This document shows, piece after piece, positions 8,032 to 13,480 of a stretch of 32,000 nt of DNA (position 1 is its first letter; each line of letters begins with the position of its first letter). A model generated the notes under the pieces. It was not told the DNA's origin. It did not search any database and saw nothing but the letters and a program-made list of their open reading frames with translations. The stretch covers positions 26,953 to 58,952 of the forward strand of contig PBAU01000009.1 in assembly GCA_002716355.1 (NCBI GenBank), written 5' to 3'. The stretch comes from a bacterium (GTDB lineage: Bacteria > UBP7 > UBA6624). The translations under genes and the position numbers were made by a program.

Positions 8032-8652
8032 ATGAATAAAGAAAAAGAAAGCGCAGTTAACTTTTTTGGAAAATGGGCTGAAACAGGAAAAGACGAAGGC
8101 ATGGAGGAACACCATTCTGATTCCGTTAAATTCATGTTAGATCAAATCTTGAATCAAGCAAGTGCTAAATTTAATTTTATAGATGCTGGTTGTGGTAATG
8201 GATGGGTTGTTCGAAAGGTTAAGTTACATCCTTTATGTGAGCATGCTTCAGGAATAGATGGAGCGTCCCAGATGATAAATAAAGCAAAATCCCTTGATCC
8301 TGCAGGTAGTTATTTCCATAACGATTTGATTAGTTGGGATCCAGATTCCAAATATGATTTTGTCCATTCTATGGAGGTTTTTTATTATTTCAAAGATCCC
8401 TCTGTGCTTCTGAAAAAAATACACAAAGATTGGCTTTCTGAAAAAGGAAAGCTTGTATTCGGAATCGATCATTATCTTGAAAATAAATCATCCTTGGATT
8501 GGCCTGAAAAATGTGGCGTCTTCATGAATACGTTGCCAATAAGCAAATGGCATGATTTGATTTCAGAAGCAGGATTCAAGAACATCAGGAATTGGCAAGT
8601 TGGAAAAAAGAAAGATTGGCTTGGAACGTTGGTTTTTTATGCAGAAAAATAA
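8032..8652 (+). CDS. Class I SAM-dependent methyltransferase
   Basis: Motif I FIDAGCGNGW, followed by an acidic post-I residue and the length of a Rossmann-like fold. Substrate unknown. Confidence 0.7.
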   Translation: MNKEKESAVNFFGKWAETGKDEGMEEHHSDSVKFMLDQILNQASAKFNFIDAGCGNGWVVRKVKLHPLCEHASGIDGASQMINKAKSLDPAGSYFHNDLISWDPDSKYDFVHSMEVFYYFKDPSVLLKKIHKDWLSEKGKLVFGIDHYLENKSSLDWPEKCGVFMNTLPISKWHDLISEAGFKNIRNWQVGKKKDWLGTLVFYAEK

Positions 8653-9435
8653 TTATTTTCTTTGGACCATCCAGACGCCAAAAAGAACAACCGGCAAGGC
8701 CATCCAGAATCCTTCTTGAGGAACTTGTTTGTAAATTGTCATTGCAACCAGTGTTGTTGTTGGCGGTTGCAGATTGATAAACACTGCAACTTGACTTGGT
8801 TTTAGAAACTGGAGAGCTGTGGCCCATATTGAATAGGCCACTATGCTTGTTAGGAATGCAATGTGAAATAGGCCATACCATGCAAAAGGTGTAATCTCAG
8901 AGAAATTGGGTTTCTCACCAATCAAGAATATCCCAACAGCAATAGGTAGACCTATCAAAAAGGATCTTGAAATAGCCTCTTTTGCACCTATGGTTTTTGA
9001 TATTGGAGGTATGAGAGATGTGTATATTGCCCAGCATATAACACCAAAAAGTATTGTTTTTTCTCCGTTGCCAAAAGTTGAAAGCCCACTGTTGCCAAGA
9101 ATCCAATATGTTCCTGAAAATGCCAACAAGAGTCCAAAGATTCGAGAAAAAATAACTTTCTCTTCTTTAAGTATCAATGAAATCATTAAAACAAAAACCG
9201 GTGTTGTTGCATAAAGAATGGAAGCATGCGCTGGAGGCGTTCCCATGGACATCCCCTGTAAAAAAAAGGCTTGATTTAATACAATTAAAATACCACAAAA
9301 TATCATTCTTGGCATAAGTTTTTTTGGAATTATAGAAAAGCCATTTTTGTAAATTCCTATTAGTGAAAATATCAAAACTGTAAGAGCGATCCTTAATCCA
9401 ACTAATGCTGAACCACCAAAGGCTTCACTTGACAC
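8653..9435 (-). CDS. EamA/DMT-family transporter. The coordinates give the first canonical start (GTG 9435), but the true start is probably upstream (see findings).
   Basis: I count nine TM helices in the 260-aa ORF. A tenth, EamA-like first helix (KRKVILLLLVHLAITALTYNVSK) is encoded in the same frame just upstream, without an ATG, GTG or TTG. Confidence 0.7.
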   Translation of the reverse strand: MSSEAFGGSALVGLRIALTVLIFSLIGIYKNGFSIIPKKLMPRMIFCGILIVLNQAFFLQGMSMGTPPAHASILYATTPVFVLMISLILKEEKVIFSRIFGLLLAFSGTYWILGNSGLSTFGNGEKTILFGVICWAIYTSLIPPISKTIGAKEAISRSFLIGLPIAVGIFLIGEKPNFSEITPFAWYGLFHIAFLTSIVAYSIWATALQFLKPSQVAVFINLQPPTTTLVAMTIYKQVPQEGFWMALPVVLFGVWMVQRK

Positions 9436-9548
9436 TTTTGATACATTGTATGTAAGCGCAGTGATTGCTAAATGTACAAGCAGTAGCAGGATAACCTTGC
9501 GTTTTGGGATTTCTTTGATTGTTGTTTTGATTTTGAGATTGCCTTCTT

Positions 9549-10700
9549 TTAGATTCTTTTTGCAAATTCCATAAGATCTTTTTTGCTGGGTGCATCACTA
9601 TATACAGAGTTGACTGGTACAGGCTTCCTGCCACTTTCTTTTAATATTCGCATGAGGTTTGCTTGTGTAAACTCATTTGAAGAAAAGCCTCCAGCTTCTT
9701 TTGCGATTTCTTCATCAAGACTTGTACCACCAACATCATCAACTCCATAATGCAACAGAACCTGTGTCATTTTTGGACCTTGATATGTCCATAGTATTCT
9801 GATGTGCGGAAAATTATCTAAGTAAATTCTGCTTATTGCGCAAATTCTTGCGTCATAATGTCCCGTAGTAGCTCCTACCTCATCTTCAAATTCTGTATTA
9901 TCGGGAAGAAAGGCCAATGGTATCAAGGCGAGAAAACCATTCGTTTTATCCTGAGTTTTCCTCAAAAGGTCAAGATGATGAATGATTTCTTCTTTTGTCT
10001 CTATGTGGCCATAAAGCATTGTTGCATTGCTATTCATTCCAACCTTATGTGTAATCTCATGTATTTCAAGCCATTCCTCTCCAGTCTCTTTGTTTCTTGC
10101 AATAATTTGTCTTGGTCTTTCATGGAATATTTCCGCTCCACCGCCAGGAACAGAGTCAAGGCCCCATTTTTTAAATTTAACCAATAATTCTTCTGGGGTT
10201 ATTTTGCATAATTTTGCTATATATCTAATTTCTATTGCAGTGAAACCCTGTATAAACATATGAGGAGCTTTTCTTTTTATTGTTTGCAGAAATTCTTTGT
10301 AGTAATCGAGTTTTAATCTTGGTGTTATTCCGCCAACAATATGTATTTCCCAAATTCCATTGCGTACAGCCCAGTCAACTCTTTTTTCCAGTTCTTCTTT
10401 GTCGACAATATAGGATTCTTCATGCATTTTTTTAGGATTAAAAGGTCTTTTGAATGCACATAAGCCACAATCAAGTATGCATTCATTTGTATGGTTTATA
10501 TTTGAGGTGTTCCCATAAAATGATTTATTTCCCCATCTTTTTCTTCTTATGTAGTCAGCCATGATTCCCAATGCAGTCAAATCACCTTCTTTAATCAACC
10601 TGACACCTTCTTCATAAGTGATTCTTTCTCCTGATTTTATTTTCTCCCAAGCCCAATTGTCGGGATGGTTTTTTAATAGGATATCTGCTGTTTCAGGCAT
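9549..10700 (-). CDS. mqnE: Radical-SAM menaquinone (futalosine pathway) enzyme, most likely aminofutalosine synthase MqnE
   Basis: CILDCGLC CxxxCxxC cluster. GGAEIF and LALIPLAFLPDNT segments. Adjacent to ubiX/ubiA/ubiD homologues, as I recall for the Streptomyces SCO4494 family. I prefer ATG 10700 (MPETADIL, 8-nt ATGCCTGA overlap with the ubiX stop) over the track start at 10736. Confidence 0.65.
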   Translation of the reverse strand: MPETADILLKNHPDNWAWEKIKSGERITYEEGVRLIKEGDLTALGIMADYIRRKRWGNKSFYGNTSNINHTNECILDCGLCAFKRPFNPKKMHEESYIVDKEELEKRVDWAVRNGIWEIHIVGGITPRLKLDYYKEFLQTIKRKAPHMFIQGFTAIEIRYIAKLCKITPEELLVKFKKWGLDSVPGGGAEIFHERPRQIIARNKETGEEWLEIHEITHKVGMNSNATMLYGHIETKEEIIHHLDLLRKTQDKTNGFLALIPLAFLPDNTEFEDEVGATTGHYDARICAISRIYLDNFPHIRILWTYQGPKMTQVLLHYGVDDVGGTSLDEEIAKEAGGFSSNEFTQANLMRILKESGRKPVPVNSVYSDAPSKKDLMEFAKRI

Positions 10701-11316
10701 CTTGAAATTCCTTTGGAATTCCCCATTCAGGTACAAGCTTATTGTCTATGTTGAGTGAATCAAGAATGCGTGCAACAACACTATCTATTAGGTCCTGAAT
10801 GGTTTCAGCACCTTGGTAAAACGTTGGATTTGCATCTACGATAGTGGCCCCAGCTCTAGATACTTTTAACAAGTTGTCAAGATGAATTTGAGAAAGTGGT
10901 GTTTCTCTAGGAACAAGGATCAAAGGTCTTTTTTCCTTTAGTGTCACATCTGCCGCTCGATGAAGAAGGTTTGATGTTACTCCATTTGATATATGCCCTA
11001 AGGTTCCCATCGACATTGGAACAACGACCATGCCTCTGGTTCTATAGGTTCCGCTTGCTATAGTGGCTGACATATCCATCCCTGGATGCCATGTTAAATC
11101 AGTCCATTTTACATTTTTGCCATATTGTTCTTCGATGAATTTTTGTGGATTTTTACCAAAATTGAAATTCAATTCATGATTTAACAGATATTTTCCCCAT
11201 TTGCTTGTGACTATTTCAACTGGAATATCCCTTTTGACAAGTTCTTTAATCAATGTGTGAGCATACAGTGCTCCTGAAGCTCCAGTTATACCTACAATTA
11301 CAGGTAAATTTTTCAT
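10693..11316 (-). CDS. ubiX: UbiX-type flavin prenyltransferase (prFMN synthase; MqnM role)
   Basis: VGITGASGALYA N-terminus and RAADVTLKEKRPLILVPRETPLSQIHLDNL align closely with my recollection of E. coli UbiX. Confidence 0.9.
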   Translation of the reverse strand: MKNLPVIVGITGASGALYAHTLIKELVKRDIPVEIVTSKWGKYLLNHELNFNFGKNPQKFIEEQYGKNVKWTDLTWHPGMDMSATIASGTYRTRGMVVVPMSMGTLGHISNGVTSNLLHRAADVTLKEKRPLILVPRETPLSQIHLDNLLKVSRAGATIVDANPTFYQGAETIQDLIDSVVARILDSLNIDNKLVPEWGIPKEFQDA

Positions 11317-11936
11317 TAAGATATTTTATCTTCCTTCAGTGAAGATAGGATGTTTATTTTCTCCATAACTTCCTGGTCATGTATTCCAACTCTCACGCTT
11401 GTGAAAACATATGCAATCTTTCCTTCAGGGTTGACTATAAAAGTTATTCTTGATGCAAAGCCCAGGTCACCTAAAACTCCAAACTTTTGACTAATCTTCT
11501 TGTCAGAATCAGCAATAAGATCAAAAGGTAACTCCTTGTCTTTCTTGAATTTTCTTTGTGTTTTTAGATTATCTGTACTGATACCTAGTACATTAATATT
11601 TTTTTGATCAAAGTTAGAGTAACCGTCTCTCAAACTACATGACTGAGTTGTACATCCAGGGGTAAAAGATTTTGGGAAAAAATAAAGAACGCTCCAGTTG
11701 CCCTTAAGGTCTTCTGAGGTTATTGTTCCAGATGTTGATGAAGCTTCAAATTCAGGAATGCTTTCACCTATCTCTAAAATTTCCCGATCCATAAGCTCAC
11801 CTGGTTTCACAAAGGTATCATAAACAGCGATGCCAAATATAAATATTATGAAGATTAGCGCTTCCAAGCTGAAACCTTTGATTATTACTGGTAGGCCTTT
11901 TTTAACATTCGATAAGATTTTTTTCAAGTGATTCAT
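11316..11936 (-). CDS. bcp: Membrane-anchored peroxiredoxin of the Bcp/PrxQ type
   Basis: YFFPKSFTPGCTTQSCSLRD (PGCT...C Bcp motif). A Lys-rich N-terminus and one TM helix (LEALIFIIFIFGIAVY) precede the domain. I prefer ATG 11936 (ATGA overlap with the upstream stop) over the track start at 12017. Confidence 0.8.
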   Translation of the reverse strand: MNHLKKILSNVKKGLPVIIKGFSLEALIFIIFIFGIAVYDTFVKPGELMDREILEIGESIPEFEASSTSGTITSEDLKGNWSVLYFFPKSFTPGCTTQSCSLRDGYSNFDQKNINVLGISTDNLKTQRKFKKDKELPFDLIADSDKKISQKFGVLGDLGFASRITFIVNPEGKIAYVFTSVRVGIHDQEVMEKINILSSLKEDKIS

Positions 11937-13480
11937 TTTCCCTCTAAAATTTTCAACCTTTCTTCTTTTTGGCTGAAAAAGTTTTTTCTCAGCATGTATC
12001 TGTAGGGATTCTCCCATGAAACAAGCCAGCTTTGCATATTGATGTCGGCATTGAAGCCAGATTCATTTGAGTTTGGGTTTTCCTGAGGGTCATAAGGCTT
12101 TCCTTCATACAGGGCTTCATAAGTCATCAGCATGTTGCCCCTGTTTGGATTTTTGATTTCTATACTGAATGGAAGAACATCCCAGCCTGGACACCAATAG
12201 GCCCTTCCATAAGGCCATGTTCCAAATTGGTTAGGGACTACACCTTCGTTAGCAAGTTGATAACACCCTTCACCAGTGCCAGCTTTCGGGTCTTTTAATT
12301 CCCCCAAAATTTCACCATTGATGGAAAAGTGATGTGTATGATTGCAGAATTCAGCACAGTTTGCAACATCTCTTCCCCAACCGTGACCAGACATGATTCC
12401 GTTTATCGTGTATTTTTCAAATTGAGGATTTTCTAAAAGGTAAGGTTTTTTAGATGGGTTATATTCCAGATTGAAAGATCCTCCTGTCCACATCCTGTGG
12501 GCATTCATCGGTCTAAGTTTGCTATCATTTTTGGACAGGTAAATACGCATGTTCATTATGTAGGAGGAGTTTCCTGTGGGTACATTTATTTTGAATTTTT
12601 TAACCCCGCCTTCTTTAAAAAAAGCCAAGAAAGGGGTTATGTCAGTAAGCCAAACACCCCTCCTATGATATGTCGTAATCCATCTTGACATCAGGATATC
12701 ACACTTGTTCTCTTCGCAAAGGTGCAAATTTGCTATCATGTCCCATTCATAACAGTTTTTATCATTATTGTCAGGGCAGTTCATTTCAAAATAAATTTCC
12801 ATCTCGTTAAAGCTTAAAAGTTTTTGTGTTTTTGGAAACTCAACTTCAAACTCTGCATTTGCACCCCAGCCACCGCTTAACTCAAAACCATCAAGCATAA
12901 CCACTTCTTCCTTTTTGTCATTAAGCTTCATTTTTTTTGTTAATTCTTTTTCCCAGTAAAGGTATTGGATCTCTTTTTCAACTGCATCGAAAATCGGAGT
13001 AGGGCTTTTTCCTGGTGGTCGGAGAAGGCCAAATTGTCTTAGGTGACCATTTGAATCAATTAAGAATCCAGCTTTATCTGCACTCCATTCTTTTTCCCAT
13101 TCAGAAAGTATTAATTCAATGTTATCAGGCAAGACGGTATTATTTTTATTTATAAAATGTAAATATTTTTCCCAATCTGTGCCAATTACATTTTCTTTAA
13201 TTTCATTTAATCTTTGATCCGCTGATTCACCTGAAGCAATAAAGACTATGTTTGTTTTGGGTATTTCATCTATTAGTTCTTGAAAATTTGAACTCCAGAG
13301 GTTCTCCGTATAGGCATCCCCTTCTGTTAATTCAAGAAAGGCTATTATTTCATCTGAATCTTGAGTGTATGAAAATACTCCTTGATCAACTTGAAGTTCA
13401 AATGATTCTATTTTTTCAAAAGGTTTAACACCATTGAAAAATGACAACAGCATTAAACCCAATAAATATTTTTTTCTCAT
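11933..13480 (-). CDS. Secreted PNGase F-like (peptide-N4-glycanase F fold) protein with an unassigned ~230-aa N-terminal domain
   Basis: NCPDNNDKNCYEWD, NCAEFCNHTHHFSING and GCYQL...GRAYWCPGWDV parallel recalled PNGase F segments ECPNKTCDEWD, GCAEWCFRTHTIAINN and GCSANP...RAGWCPGMAV. ATG 13480 gives a signal peptide (MRKKYLLGLMLLSFF) and a TAATG overlap with the upstream gene. Confidence 0.7.
   Translation of the reverse strand: MRKKYLLGLMLLSFFNGVKPFEKIESFELQVDQGVFSYTQDSDEIIAFLELTEGDAYTENLWSSNFQELIDEIPKTNIVFIASGESADQRLNEIKENVIGTDWEKYLHFINKNNTVLPDNIELILSEWEKEWSADKAGFLIDSNGHLRQFGLLRPPGKSPTPIFDAVEKEIQYLYWEKELTKKMKLNDKKEEVVMLDGFELSGGWGANAEFEVEFPKTQKLLSFNEMEIYFEMNCPDNNDKNCYEWDMIANLHLCEENKCDILMSRWITTYHRRGVWLTDITPFLAFFKEGGVKKFKINVPTGNSSYIMNMRIYLSKNDSKLRPMNAHRMWTGGSFNLEYNPSKKPYLLENPQFEKYTINGIMSGHGWGRDVANCAEFCNHTHHFSINGEILGELKDPKAGTGEGCYQLANEGVVPNQFGTWPYGRAYWCPGWDVLPFSIEIKNPNRGNMLMTYEALYEGKPYDPQENPNSNESGFNADINMQSWLVSWENPYRYMLRKNFFSQKEERLKILEGK

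Noticed and set aside
8643-8661. An AT palindrome (AAAATAA|TTATTTT) centred on the junction of the MTase and EamA stop codons, as a possible bidirectional terminator.
   Set aside because: It is only 7 bp of A-T pairs with no loop. A real hairpin would retain about 5 A-U pairs, which is too weak. It is explained by two TAA stops meeting tail to tail.
9425-9634. The 69-aa track ORF between mqnE and the EamA gene as a real small gene.
   Set aside because: It overlaps the mqnE 3' end and the in-frame upstream extension of the EamA gene. Its translation is low-complexity (Gln/Asn/Lys-rich) with no motif. The region is better explained as the EamA N-terminus.
11933-13480. Reinterpreting the PNGase F-like protein as a copper monooxygenase. 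The PHM/PNGase F folds form one structural superfamily, the adjacent gene is DOMON-superfamily as in dopamine beta-monooxygenase, and the motif HTHH is present.
   Set aside because: The residues matching the PNGase F catalytic Asp (EWD) and Glu (CAEFC) and all three PNGase F disulfides appear conserved. I could not identify the two His-triad/Met copper sites of PHM. I keep this only as a remote alternative to test by structure prediction.
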